Below are positions 48,720 through 58,251 of a DNA stretch of 64,000 nucleotides, piece by piece. Below the pieces are notes generated by a model. That model was not told the DNA's origin, searched no databases, and saw only the letters and a program-made list of their open reading frames with translations. A program made the position numbers and the translations under genes. The stretch spans positions 4,032,001 to 4,096,000 of the forward strand of contig OY762897.2 in the NCBI GenBank assembly GCA_963666515.2, read 5' to 3'. The stretch comes from Candidatus Binatia bacterium. GTDB taxonomy: Bacteria; Desulfobacterota; Binatia; UBA9968; JAJDTQ01. Numbering within the stretch: the stretch's first letter is position 1; each line of letters begins with the position of its first letter.

Positions 48720-49796
48720 ATGAACAGAGTGCTGGTACTGACCAGTCTGGTAGCGCTCGTCGCCTTCGCCGGCTCCGCCTTCGCGATGGACCACATCCGC
48801 GCCAAGATGATCGAGAAGGCCAAGAAGGAGGGCGAGTTCGTGGTGGCCGGCAGCAACGCCGCCGAGTTCCGGGACCGGCTCAAGGGATTCCGCAAGGCGT
48901 ACCCCTGGCTCAAGGTCAAGGCGTTCGACGCCAACACCTCGGCGACCGTCAACCGGGTGGTGACCGAGGCCAAGGCCGGAAAGCTCACCATCGACATGGT
49001 GGGGGTGGACGAGAGCGGCACCGAGTCGCTGGCGCAGAAGGGGCTCCTGAAAGGCTACGACTATCCCCACATGAAGGACATGATCGGCAACACCCAGCCC
49101 AGGCACGGGCAGTACGTCGACGCCTTCATGAACCCGCGTGTCCAGGGCATCTACAACACCGACCTGGTCAAGCCCGCGGACGTGCCCAGGAACTGGGACG
49201 ACATGACCTCGGCCAAGTACAAGGGCTTGGTGCTGCTGTCGCGCTCCGCCGAGGAGTTTCCGTCCCGTATGGCGTGGCTCTGGGGCAGCACCGACAATCT
49301 CAACTGGGAGAAGAGCTTCGACTTCTTCACCAGGATGGTGAAGAACCAGAAGCCCGCCATCGGGCGGGGCTACGCCGGCGGCACCAAGCGGGTGGCGGCC
49401 GGCGACGTGGGCATCTTCTGGTTCCCGGCCCTGGGCACCTACTCGAAGCTCAAAGCCAAGGGCGCTCCGGTGGAGATGATCGCGTTCCCGAAGTTCCCCA
49501 TGACGTTCCGTTCCTTCGCCATCATGAAGGATGCGCCGAACCCGGCGGGCTCCTGGCTGCTCATCGACTACCTGATGTCGCCGGAGGGCCAGTACGAGTA
49601 CACCGACGTGGTGAGCGCCAAGGTGGTGGTCAACAAGAACGCCAAGTCCGGCAAGCTGGCCAAGATTCTGGTGGACGGCGGCGCCACCGAGAAGAACGCG
49701 GCGCTGGTGGAGCCGGACACCGCGGCCAAGATCTACACACCCGCGGTGCTGAAGAAGTCCGAGGACTTCTTCTTCAAGCTGCTGGGGATCAAGTAG
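48720..49796 (+). CDS. ABC transporter substrate-binding protein (Fe3+/AfuA-like cluster)
   Basis: Signal peptide, AKKEG, YNTDLV...PRNWDD and APNPAG..LLIDYLMSPEGQ. AAGGAGG RBS. Confidence 0.85.
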   Translation: MNRVLVLTSLVALVAFAGSAFAMDHIRAKMIEKAKKEGEFVVAGSNAAEFRDRLKGFRKAYPWLKVKAFDANTSATVNRVVTEAKAGKLTIDMVGVDESGTESLAQKGLLKGYDYPHMKDMIGNTQPRHGQYVDAFMNPRVQGIYNTDLVKPADVPRNWDDMTSAKYKGLVLLSRSAEEFPSRMAWLWGSTDNLNWEKSFDFFTRMVKNQKPAIGRGYAGGTKRVAAGDVGIFWFPALGTYSKLKAKGAPVEMIAFPKFPMTFRSFAIMKDAPNPAGSWLLIDYLMSPEGQYEYTDVVSAKVVVNKNAKSGKLAKILVDGGATEKNAALVEPDTAAKIYTPAVLKKSEDFFFKLLGIK

Positions 49797-49806
49797 CGTT
49801 TCCGAT

Positions 49807-49845
49807 CCCGCGGGCCGTGTAGCCGCAACGCTCACGGCCCGCGGG
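49807..49845 (+). terminator. 13-bp GC-rich hairpin between the binding-protein and permease genes
   Basis: CCCGCGGGCCGTG...CACGGCCCGCGGG. A typical position for a differential-stability hairpin. Confidence 0.55.
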
Positions 49846-49852
49846 CCGATCC

Positions 49853-51610
49853 ATGAACGGCACCGCAATCACGCCCGGCACGAACGGCGTCAGGCCCTCC
49901 TGGGGCCGTACCGTCGATCTCCGGCTGGTGGCCTTCTGGAGCATCGCCGTCGTCATCGGCGTGCTCGTCATCGTGCCCTTGGGCCTGCTGGTGGTGAACA
50001 GCTTCCGCAGCGCATCGATCGGCGATATCGAGTTCAGCCTCAAGGGCCTTACCCTCCACAACTACATCGAAGCCTACAGCAGCCCGGCGACCTTCCGGAT
50101 GCTCTTCAACTCGCTGTGGTTCGCCGTCGGCTCCATGATCCTGGCCATGTGCATGGGCGGCGTGCTGGCGTTCCTTGCGGAGCGCACGGACATGCGCTGG
50201 CGCGACGCGATCCCCATGATGGTGATGATCCCGTTGATCATGCCGTCGGTGGTGAAGGGCATCGCGTGGATCTTTCTCCTGTCGCCGCGTATCGGGGTCA
50301 TCAATCAGGTCGGCCGGTGGCTCGGCCTGGACGGCCCGATCCTGAGCGCCTACTCGCTGCCGGCCATGATCTGGGTCGAGGGCGTGAGCATGAGCCCGCT
50401 GGCGTTCCTGCTCATCGCCGGCACCATCCGGCGCATGGACCCGTCGCTGGAGGAGGCCGCCCTGGGGAGCGGCGCGTCCACCTGGACCACCTTCTCCAAG
50501 GTGCTGCTGCCGCTGCTCAAGCCCGGCTTGGCGGGCGTCGCCATCCTGCTCTTCGTGCGCGGCATCGAGGCCTTCGAGATCCCCATGCTGCTGGGCTTCA
50601 GCTCGGGCATCTTCGTCTTCAGCACCACCATCTACTACTCCATACGCGGCGCCTTCCCGCCGGACTACGGGCTGGGGTTCGCCTACAGCATGACCCTGGT
50701 GGTGGTGACGCTGATCGCGATCCTGTTCTACCAGCGCCAGTTGAGGCACTCCGAGCGCTACACCGTGGTGGTGGGCAAGGGCTACCGGCCCCGAGTCATG
50801 CCCTTGGGCAGGTGGATGTGGCCGGCCTGGGGTTTCGTCGGCTTCTACTTCGTGTTCGCGGCCGTGCTGCCGCTCCTGATCCTGGTATGGAGCTCGCTGC
50901 TGCCCTACTACCGGCCGCCCTCGTGGAAGGCGTTGTCGGCCGTGAGCCTGGAGAACTACTGGGAGCTGTTCGCTTCTCCGGCGCTGCTGAACGTCGCCTC
51001 CAACACGCTGCTCCTGGGGGGCATCAGCAGCATCGCCATCATGTTCCTGGCGATCCTGTGCTCGTGGTTCGTCTACCGCACCAACATCACCGGCCGGAAG
51101 GTGCTGGACGTGGTGGTGTTCCTGCCCTACGCGGTCTCGGGCATGGTCATCGGCGTCGCCTTCCTGGTGGTGTTCCTGTCGTTCCCCAACCCGCTGTACA
51201 ACACCATCTGGATCATCGTGCTGGCCTACGTCGTCAACTACCTGCCCATCGGCACCCGCTTCACAAACGCCGCGGTGGTGCAGGTGCACAAGGAGCTGGA
51301 AGAGGCCGCCTGGGGCAGCGGCGCCGGCTTCTGGACCACGCTCCGGTTCGTCTGGTTCCCGCTGCTGCTCCCGGCATTGGTGAACGGCTTCCTGTTCGTG
51401 CTGATCCTGAGCTTCAAGGTCATGTCCATCGCCATGCTGTTGCGCGGTCCCGACAGCATGGTGCTGTCCGTGTACCTCTGGCACTTGTGGGACACCGGCA
51501 ACCCCGGCACGTCGTCCGCCCTGTCCGTCCTGCTGGTGGTGGTGGTCACCGCCTTGAGCGTCCTGGCCCGGCGGTTGGGCGGGAGCGTGGCGGGCGGGCG
51601 CGAGCTGTAG
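49853..51610 (+). CDS. ABC transporter permease (FbpB-like, two fused halves)
   Basis: 585 aa with two EAA motifs (LEEAALGSGA and LEEAAWGSGA). Confidence 0.92.
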   Translation: MNGTAITPGTNGVRPSWGRTVDLRLVAFWSIAVVIGVLVIVPLGLLVVNSFRSASIGDIEFSLKGLTLHNYIEAYSSPATFRMLFNSLWFAVGSMILAMCMGGVLAFLAERTDMRWRDAIPMMVMIPLIMPSVVKGIAWIFLLSPRIGVINQVGRWLGLDGPILSAYSLPAMIWVEGVSMSPLAFLLIAGTIRRMDPSLEEAALGSGASTWTTFSKVLLPLLKPGLAGVAILLFVRGIEAFEIPMLLGFSSGIFVFSTTIYYSIRGAFPPDYGLGFAYSMTLVVVTLIAILFYQRQLRHSERYTVVVGKGYRPRVMPLGRWMWPAWGFVGFYFVFAAVLPLLILVWSSLLPYYRPPSWKALSAVSLENYWELFASPALLNVASNTLLLGGISSIAIMFLAILCSWFVYRTNITGRKVLDVVVFLPYAVSGMVIGVAFLVVFLSFPNPLYNTIWIIVLAYVVNYLPIGTRFTNAAVVQVHKELEEAAWGSGAGFWTTLRFVWFPLLLPALVNGFLFVLILSFKVMSIAMLLRGPDSMVLSVYLWHLWDTGNPGTSSALSVLLVVVVTALSVLARRLGGSVAGGREL

Positions 51611-51639
51611 CCTTCCGTCGTGTTGACATGAAGGGTCAC

Positions 51640-52248
51640 ATGCCGAATCCTGGAAGGATGCTGCGCGCCTTCACCACGGCTCTGTCCGCATTGCTCCTGG
51701 CCTTCTCGCTGGCGGCGCCGCAGGCGCGCGCCAACCCACACGTGTGGGTCGAGGCCAGGATGACGTTCGAGTTCGAGGACCATCAGGTCAAGGGGCTCGC
51801 GTTCACGTGGGAGTTCGACGACTACTACAGCTCCCACACCATCCGATCCTACGACCGCGACGGCGACGGCTTCTTCACGCGGCCGGAGATGCGGGCGCTT
51901 CGTGCCGGCATGTTCGATCCGCTGGGCGCGTCCGACTACCACGTGCACGTGTGGGCGGGAGGCGGAAAACGCGAGGGCCACGAGATCGACCGCTTCACGG
52001 CGAGAATCGCGGAAAAACGGCTCGTCATCGATTTCTCCGTGCCGGTCGCACCGCCCGCCGATCCGGGTGAAGATCCCGTAATCGTCAGCCTGTTGGATCA
52101 CAAGAACGAGGTGGACTTCAGCTTCGCCCCGTCGGGTTTCCTGAGGGTGATGGGCGCGCTGAAGCCAGGCTGCAAGTTTCGGGTCCAGCGCGGCAGGGGT
52201 GAGCAGTCCGGCCATCCCCGGCCCGTGACCCTCAAGTGCGGAGGCTGA
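51640..52248 (+). CDS. DUF1007-like periplasmic protein
   Basis: Signal peptide, NPHVWV, WEFDDYYS and EF-hand-like DRDGDG. Start is uncertain (51628, 51640 or 51658). Confidence 0.75.
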   Translation: MPNPGRMLRAFTTALSALLLAFSLAAPQARANPHVWVEARMTFEFEDHQVKGLAFTWEFDDYYSSHTIRSYDRDGDGFFTRPEMRALRAGMFDPLGASDYHVHVWAGGGKREGHEIDRFTARIAEKRLVIDFSVPVAPPADPGEDPVIVSLLDHKNEVDFSFAPSGFLRVMGALKPGCKFRVQRGRGEQSGHPRPVTLKCGG

Positions 52249-52251
52249 ACC

Positions 52252-53274
52252 GTGACGGTCCAACAACAGCGCAGGAACCGCAGTCCGAGGCTGGCCGCAT
52301 GGCTGGCGCTGGCAGGCATCGGGTTGATCGCGGGTCTGTTTGTCACACAGCCCGCGGTTTCTCAGACCACGGGCGTAACGCCGGAAATCGAAATCGTCGA
52401 GGACGACGGCGGCGCGTTCGCGACGCTCACCGAATACATCAAGGATTTCCAACGCCGCGCCAACACCCAGATCGCGATCCACATGAAAGCCATCGAGCGC
52501 GGTGACGACCTCGGAGCGTTCTTCCTCGGCCTCGCCATCGCGTTCGCCTACGGCATCTTCCACGCGTTCGGACCGGGACACGGGAAGTTCATCATCGTCT
52601 CGTACTTCCTCGGCCGGGAAGCGCGGGTGATGCGCGGCGTGGTCATGGCCCTGCAGGTCGCGATCGTCCACGTCATCGCGGCCATCATCATCGTCTGGCT
52701 GGCCGACACGGTCCTCCGGGCCGGCTTCGGGATCGGGCTTTCCGAAGTGCCGGGTGTGCGCGCCGCAAGCTTTCTCATCATCGTCGGCATCGGTTTGTAC
52801 ATGATGTATCAGGCCGCGCGAACGTCAGGGGGTGCGGTCGCCGCCGGCGGGTCCGGTCATGGACATGGCCACGACCATGAGCATTCGCACGGCCACGGCA
52901 GCGGCGGCGACCATGGCCACGATCACGGCCACAGCCACGGCGGCAGGCTCGAAGGAGGCATGCTGGCCCTGGCGGCGGGCATGGTGCCCTGTCCGGGAGC
53001 CGTCCTGATCATGCTGTATGCGGTGGCCAACGACATGATCTACCCGGGGTTCCTGCTCGTGGCCGCGATGTCGCTCGGCATCGGGCTGTCGATCTGCGCG
53101 GTGGGAGTCGGAGTCATTCTCGCTCGGCAGTTCGCCATGCAGTTCATGGAGCGGTCGGGCGGAAGCCGGGGCGCCGCCGTCCTGCGCACCACGCTGAACT
53201 ACGCCGGGGCCACCTTCGTGACCCTCGTCGGACTGGTGTCCTTCATCGCATTTCTCGACGTGCCGTTGGGGTGA
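52252..53274 (+). CDS. RcnA/HoxN-like nickel/cobalt transporter
   Basis: YGIFHAFGPGHGK, a His-rich loop (HGHGHDHEHSHGH...HGHDHGHSH) and GMVPCPGA. Confidence 0.85.
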   Translation: MTVQQQRRNRSPRLAAWLALAGIGLIAGLFVTQPAVSQTTGVTPEIEIVEDDGGAFATLTEYIKDFQRRANTQIAIHMKAIERGDDLGAFFLGLAIAFAYGIFHAFGPGHGKFIIVSYFLGREARVMRGVVMALQVAIVHVIAAIIIVWLADTVLRAGFGIGLSEVPGVRAASFLIIVGIGLYMMYQAARTSGGAVAAGGSGHGHGHDHEHSHGHGSGGDHGHDHGHSHGGRLEGGMLALAAGMVPCPGAVLIMLYAVANDMIYPGFLLVAAMSLGIGLSICAVGVGVILARQFAMQFMERSGGSRGAAVLRTTLNYAGATFVTLVGLVSFIAFLDVPLG

Positions 53275-53301
53275 GGTGGAGGCCGGCGCCAGGAACTGCC
53301 A

Positions 53302-54444
53302 ATGATACGGGTCAGCAGTCTCGAAAAGGTCTATGAAACCGCGGAGCGGGAGTCTGTCCGCGCCTTGGCCGGGATCGACTTCCAGGTCGAGGAAGGGGAG
53401 TTCTACGTTCTCCTGGGGCCGTCCGGGTGTGGCAAGAGCACGACCCTGCGGTGCATCGCGGGTTTCGAGGAGCCCACCGGCGGCGTGATCCAGATCGGCG
53501 ACCAGGTGGTGTTCTCGGACGCCGACGGGATCAACGTCCCGCCGGCCAAGCGGGACTTCGGCATCGTGTTCCAGTCCTATGCCATCTGGCCGCACATGGA
53601 CGTGTTCCACAACGTCTCGTTTCCGCTGGTGCACGGTCAGGGAAGCCGGCCGCCGCGCCGGGAGGTGCGGGAACGGGTCATGCGGGCGTTGGAGCTGACC
53701 CAGCTTCAGGACCTGGCCGACCGGCCGGCACCGTTCCTGAGCGGCGGCCAGCAGCAGCGGGTGGCCCTGGCCCGGGCGCTGGTTCGGGAGCCCAGCGTGC
53801 TGCTGCTCGACGAGCCGCTGAGCAACCTGGACGCCAAGCTCCGGGAGGAGATGCGGATGCAGATCCGCGACATCACCAAGCGGCTCAACATCACCAGCAT
53901 CTACGTCACCCACGACCAGCTCGAAGCCCTCACCATGGCCGACCGGGTCTCGGTGATGAGCACCGGCGAGATCATGCAGGAAGACTCGCCGCTGGAGATA
54001 TACAAGCACCCGGCGGGCCGGTTCGTGGCCCAGTTCATCGGCGTCGCCAACCTGATCCCGGGCCGCATCGAGTCCGTGGACGACGGCCACATGGGGCGGG
54101 TTGCGACATCGGTGGGCGTCTTCGACTGCACGCTGTCCGGCGGGCTACGGGGAGGGGACCAAGTGTCGCTGATGATCCGCCCGGAGGATGCGGTGGTTCA
54201 ACCGGAGAGCACGGGAAACTCAGGGAACGTGGTGTGCGGCGAGGTGAAATCCGTGGTCTTCGTGGGCGAGATGCTGGACTGCACCCTGTCCCTGTCCGGC
54301 CTGGACATGCGCGTCAAGGTGCACCCCTCCACCACACTGGCGGCGGGCGAGACGGTGGCGGTTCACGCGCCGCCGGAACGCTGCCACGCAATCGCGGGAG
54401 GCGAGGTTTCTTCGGAATTGAAACGAGAAGGAGACAACCTGTGA
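53302..54444 (+). CDS. ABC transporter ATP-binding protein (FbpC/PotA-like, C-terminal TOBE)
   Basis: [26 protein letters not shown] and LDEPLSNLD. Confidence 0.93.
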   Translation: MIRVSSLEKVYETAERESVRALAGIDFQVEEGEFYVLLGPSGCGKSTTLRCIAGFEEPTGGVIQIGDQVVFSDADGINVPPAKRDFGIVFQSYAIWPHMDVFHNVSFPLVHGQGSRPPRREVRERVMRALELTQLQDLADRPAPFLSGGQQQRVALARALVREPSVLLLDEPLSNLDAKLREEMRMQIRDITKRLNITSIYVTHDQLEALTMADRVSVMSTGEIMQEDSPLEIYKHPAGRFVAQFIGVANLIPGRIESVDDGHMGRVATSVGVFDCTLSGGLRGGDQVSLMIRPEDAVVQPESTGNSGNVVCGEVKSVVFVGEMLDCTLSLSGLDMRVKVHPSTTLAAGETVAVHAPPERCHAIAGGEVSSELKREGDNL

Positions 54445-55436
54445 TCATCGACATCCACAACCACATCGTCGCCGGCGAGGAGCTGAGCCGCTACCAGGCC
54501 AGCCTCATCAACAGCCGGGGCTTTCACGGCAAGCGCAAGTCTCCCGTCACCGAGGAAAGCATCAAGACGGCCACCTGGAACGGCCACAAGCACACCGAGG
54601 TGCTGGACCAGGTGGGCACGGACATGGCCTTCATCTCGCCCCGCCCCTACACCATGATGCACTCCGAGAAGCCCGAGAAGATCGTCCGCTGGTACTGCGA
54701 GGCCGTCAACGACGCCATCGCGCTCCAGGTCAAGGTCGAGCCCACCCGGTTCCGCGGCATCGCCGGCCTGCCGCAGAACGCCGGCGTCGGCCCCGAGAAC
54801 ACCTTCGAGGAGATCGACCGCTGCATCAACGAGCTGGGCATGGTGGGCATCATGATCAACCCCGACCCCGGAGAGGGAGACGGACTCACCCCCGGCATGG
54901 GCGACGAGTACTGGTATCCGCTCTACGAGAAGATGGTCGCCATGGACATCCCGGGTCTGGTCCACTCTGCGAGCTGCCGGAACCAGCGGGAGTCGTTCCA
55001 CGGCCACTTCATCACCGAGGAGAGCATCGCCATCCTCTCGCTGCTGAGCTCTAACGTCTTCACCAACTTCCCCGGCCTGAAGCTCATCATCTCCCACGGC
55101 GGCGGTTCGGTGCCCTACCAGGTGGGGCGCTGGCGCTCCCAACTCCGAGGCCCCAACAACACCGAGAACTTCGACGAGCGCCTGCGCCAGCTCTACTTCG
55201 ACTCTGCCCTCTACAACACCGAGTCCCTGGAGCTGCTCTTCAAGGTCGCCAAGCCCGACCGCTGTCTCTTCGGCAGCGAACGTCCCGGCGCCGGCTCCAA
55301 GCCCAACCCCCGCACCGGCCGCTGGTACGACGACGTCAAGCCCCTCATCGAGGAGATGGACTGGCTGAGGGAGGAGGAGAAGGCCGGGATTCTGGGAGGT
55401 AATGCGGAGAAGGTGTTCAGCCGGTTCGAGCCGTAG
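54441..55436 (+). CDS. Amidohydrolase, LigJ (4-oxalomesaconate hydratase)-like
   Basis: GTG start overlapping the ATPase stop. IIDIHNH, ISPRP, INPDP, WYPLYEK, SHGGGSVPYQ and LFGSE. Confidence 0.8.
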   Translation: MIIDIHNHIVAGEELSRYQASLINSRGFHGKRKSPVTEESIKTATWNGHKHTEVLDQVGTDMAFISPRPYTMMHSEKPEKIVRWYCEAVNDAIALQVKVEPTRFRGIAGLPQNAGVGPENTFEEIDRCINELGMVGIMINPDPGEGDGLTPGMGDEYWYPLYEKMVAMDIPGLVHSASCRNQRESFHGHFITEESIAILSLLSSNVFTNFPGLKLIISHGGGSVPYQVGRWRSQLRGPNNTENFDERLRQLYFDSALYNTESLELLFKVAKPDRCLFGSERPGAGSKPNPRTGRWYDDVKPLIEEMDWLREEEKAGILGGNAEKVFSRFEP

Positions 55437-55445
55437 GATAGCTGT

Positions 55446-55655
55446 ATGTCACGCACTACCGTCAACATCGACGATGAGGCGTGCACGGAAGTCATGCGCC
55501 GTTATGGACTGTCTACCAAGCGGGAAGCTGTGAACCTTGCGCTACGAGCGCTCGCACAAGAGCCTTTCAATATACATGGGGCACGGCGTCTCGGTGGGCC
55601 GGGATGGGAGGGTGATCTCGAACAGTTTCGCGTCGGCGACTCGTGTTCCCGATAA
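55446..55655 (+). CDS. VapB-like antitoxin, no intact toxin downstream
   Basis: MSRTTVNIDD...TKREAVNLALR...GWEGDL. Confidence 0.8.
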   Translation: MSRTTVNIDDEACTEVMRRYGLSTKREAVNLALRALAQEPFNIHGARRLGGPGWEGDLEQFRVGDSCSR

Positions 55656-55755
55656 ACACAGGGAGCAAACACCCACACGTGCTACGGAGTGTCACGGGTT
55701 GACACGACCTATGTACGGGGCGATGATCGGAAACTGCCAGAATATGCGTATGTTC

Positions 55756-56484
55756 TCACGTCGAGAACGGTTTGAACACATTCAAGAGTAGGAGCTCGAT
55801 ATGGTAGGTGACGGCGTTCGCTCCGATCTTTAGCGAATTCGGGTGACTGCAGCCGTTCCGGAGGTTGAGGCAGGCTGCTAGTTCGGCCTTTACGTTTTTC
55901 CCAATCACAGAGATCGCAGCTATGCGGTCAAGAAAATCTGCCTCTCCCATTCGCCCGAGGTCGTCAGTGGTTTTTGCTGTCTTCCACTTTAAGTCAACGC
56001 GTTTCGCTTCCGTGTTGAACGCCTTCAAGTGGTTGACGAATACGTGTTGCCGAAGGACATCGACGGCCGCGAGCCACGACATTACTATAGCCGATCGAAA
56101 GAGATGGGCCTCGTAACACTTGATCGCCTCTTCGACAAAGGCGTAGGTATCGGGGTTGCCGATCTTTGCGAGTTCCTCCCGAAGCTCTGTGGCGACTTTG
56201 GCCTGAGCCGAGTTTCCGATTGGTAAACCGAGCTGACGAAGCCGTTCCAGGCCTGTTTCAGTAATTTCCCAACCGCTCGGCGTGCGGATTGCGAGCCCTT
56301 TAGATCTCCGAAGAATATTGGATACGTTCCACGTCTTCGGAATACGCATGCCGCCTTCGGCCGCCCGCACACCAATCTCGTGGACTTGGCAGCCCTCAAC
56401 AAATGTTGCGAGGACCACGAGCAGCTTGTCTAGACGAGAAATATCGCGATGAAGCCAAGTTTTGAGATCGGTCTTAGATATCAC
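55756..56484 (-). CDS. Hypothetical protein with an N-terminal winged-helix-like region and a C-terminal HEPN-like domain
   Basis: 242 aa, GTG start after AAGGAAG. EEAIKCYE...RSAIVMSW helix and RNGCSH (RxxxxH) motif near the C-terminus. Confidence 0.75.
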   Translation of the reverse strand: MISKTDLKTWLHRDISRLDKLLVVLATFVEGCQVHEIGVRAAEGGMRIPKTWNVSNILRRSKGLAIRTPSGWEITETGLERLRQLGLPIGNSAQAKVATELREELAKIGNPDTYAFVEEAIKCYEAHLFRSAIVMSWLAAVDVLRQHVFVNHLKAFNTEAKRVDLKWKTAKTTDDLGRMGEADFLDRIAAISVIGKNVKAELAACLNLRNGCSHPNSLKIGANAVTYHIELLLLNVFKPFST

Positions 56485-56521
56485 GCGCCAGCTTCCTTGC
56501 TCAATTGGCGGGAATTATAAA

Positions 56522-58186
56522 CTCGATTGTTGCAAAAACCACGGCTGAATTTAAGAGTCAGGCGCGGGGCGTGAGGGCTGCGAGGGCGTGACGCAGTTCT
56601 GCTTCGAGATTCGGATTGGTATTCATCGACAGGATGAGCTTGCCGGCGGGGCGAATGATACGTCCGGCTCGTTGAATGAGGGTACGGCGCAGGGTTCCGA
56701 TTTCGCGGAAGCACCACAGGGCGGGGCGCTTGGCTGTGGTGGAACGCTCACGGGGGTGGATTCGCATCTGGAGTTCGCGGGTGAGGTTGTGAGCGAGGAT
56801 GCTGGCGAACATGTACAACTGGTTCCCGACGCGTGTTTTGACGGGCACGTAGCCCATTTGGCAGTGGGACTTCAACTCGGCGAAGATACCCTCTTGGGAT
56901 CCCCGTCCTTCGTGGAAGAGCGCCACGTTGCGTGGGCGGATTCTCTTGTTGGTGACGATGACCTTGAACTCGTACCCATGGGAGACCGGCTTGAAGAGGT
57001 CGAGTTGGATTTCCTCCTTGTCCTGGTATCGGACGGGTTTTCTGATGAAGACGAAGCGATAGCGGGTGTTCCAGGACTTGGGCTTCCAGCGGGTCTCGAA
57101 GTAGCCGAGTCCATTGGCCATGGGCCGCCATCGTTGTCTGCCTTCGATCATCCCCTTCAGTTCGGCCAAGCGCTCGAAGGGCACCGAGACGGTGAAGGTG
57201 ACACCCAGGGAGTGAAGCCGGTCGACGATATCCCTGCTGAAGAAGGCGCTGTCCATGCGCACCTCGATCCTGGCCCGGGGCAGGCTTGCGCGCACGGTGC
57301 ACACACAGCCCTGGATGAAGGCATCGGCGCCCTTGGAGTCATGGACGTTTCCCGGCCGATGGTGCACGTCGAGCACCTGGTCGGTCTGGGCCACGGTGCA
57401 AAACAGGGGGTAGTAGCTGCGCGCCCCTTTCTTCTTCTTGTTGAACCCCACCGCGGTGCCCTCGGCGTGGCGCCCGGTGCTCAAGACCGAGCCGTCGAAG
57501 TCCAGGGTGATAGTCGCGAAACCTTCGGCCACCAGGCGCTCGATGACCACCGTTCTCGACTCGGCGCGGACGTTGTCGACGCTGCACGCGTCGGCACTCT
57601 TCAGCGAGCGGCTCACGGTAGACACGTCCGGCAAGCGTTTCAGCCCAAGCAACCGCCGGACCAGTTCATCATCCCGGTAGTACGCCAAGTCTTGCAACTG
57701 TCGGTGTCCGATGATGAGATGCACCACCAGCAGCAGCAACACGACGTGGTGACCGTAGATCGGATTGGCTTTCAGGTGGCGGAAGCACCGCCCCAGCCGC
57801 TCCTTGAGACCCAGGTGGGAAAAGAAGCACTGAAAGAGGATGAGCCCCGAATACGATGTCAGTTTCTGCGGCTCGAATCGAACCTCCATGCCCAGCGTGG
57901 CTTTACCTCGAACCGCGGTTCTGCTAAGTTTCATTTCGTGGTCTCCGTTTCATCGGGTATTGGGATGATACCAACGATGATTATATCAGTTTCGGAGACC
58001 ACATCCTTGAGCTCACCTCGTTTTGTTCGAAAAAATGTCGCAACAACCCCCCTCGATTTTATCTCACGGGCGGCTGTGGCTTAGCTTCACAGATGGTGAG
58101 CCTGAGCTATTTGCCGTATGACACCGGAGAGCCTTTGTAGGACGGCCTGAGCGGGCTCTTCAAGAGGGCGTTTTGCAACTGACGGG
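56522..58186 (-). mobile_element. IS1380-family insertion sequence (1665 bp)
   Basis: 4-bp duplication TAAA at 56518-56521 and 58187-58190. Terminal IRs CTCGATTGTTGCAAAA / CCCGTCAGTTGCAAAA (12/16). Confidence 0.88.
56558..57934 (-). CDS. IS1380 family transposase
   Basis: 458 aa intact. LTSYSGL, TLDFDGS, YYPL, RPGNVH, VRMDSAF and RGSQEGIFAELK. Confidence 0.93.
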   Translation of the reverse strand: MKLSRTAVRGKATLGMEVRFEPQKLTSYSGLILFQCFFSHLGLKERLGRCFRHLKANPIYGHHVVLLLLVVHLIIGHRQLQDLAYYRDDELVRRLLGLKRLPDVSTVSRSLKSADACSVDNVRAESRTVVIERLVAEGFATITLDFDGSVLSTGRHAEGTAVGFNKKKKGARSYYPLFCTVAQTDQVLDVHHRPGNVHDSKGADAFIQGCVCTVRASLPRARIEVRMDSAFFSRDIVDRLHSLGVTFTVSVPFERLAELKGMIEGRQRWRPMANGLGYFETRWKPKSWNTRYRFVFIRKPVRYQDKEEIQLDLFKPVSHGYEFKVIVTNKRIRPRNVALFHEGRGSQEGIFAELKSHCQMGYVPVKTRVGNQLYMFASILAHNLTRELQMRIHPRERSTTAKRPALWCFREIGTLRRTLIQRAGRIIRPAGKLILSMNTNPNLEAELRHALAALTPRA

Positions 58187-58251
58187 TAAAGAATACTTGA
58201 ATACGCTCCGTGATCCTGTAGGTTCTCTAAATCAACTCAAGGGAGTATGCA

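Noticed and set aside
50116-51627. Long N-terminal parts of the 710-aa (50116) and 669-aa (53427) ORFs suggesting fusions
   Set aside because: They are alternative frames over the permease and ATPase. Only the C-terminal DUF1007-like and LigJ-like portions look real.
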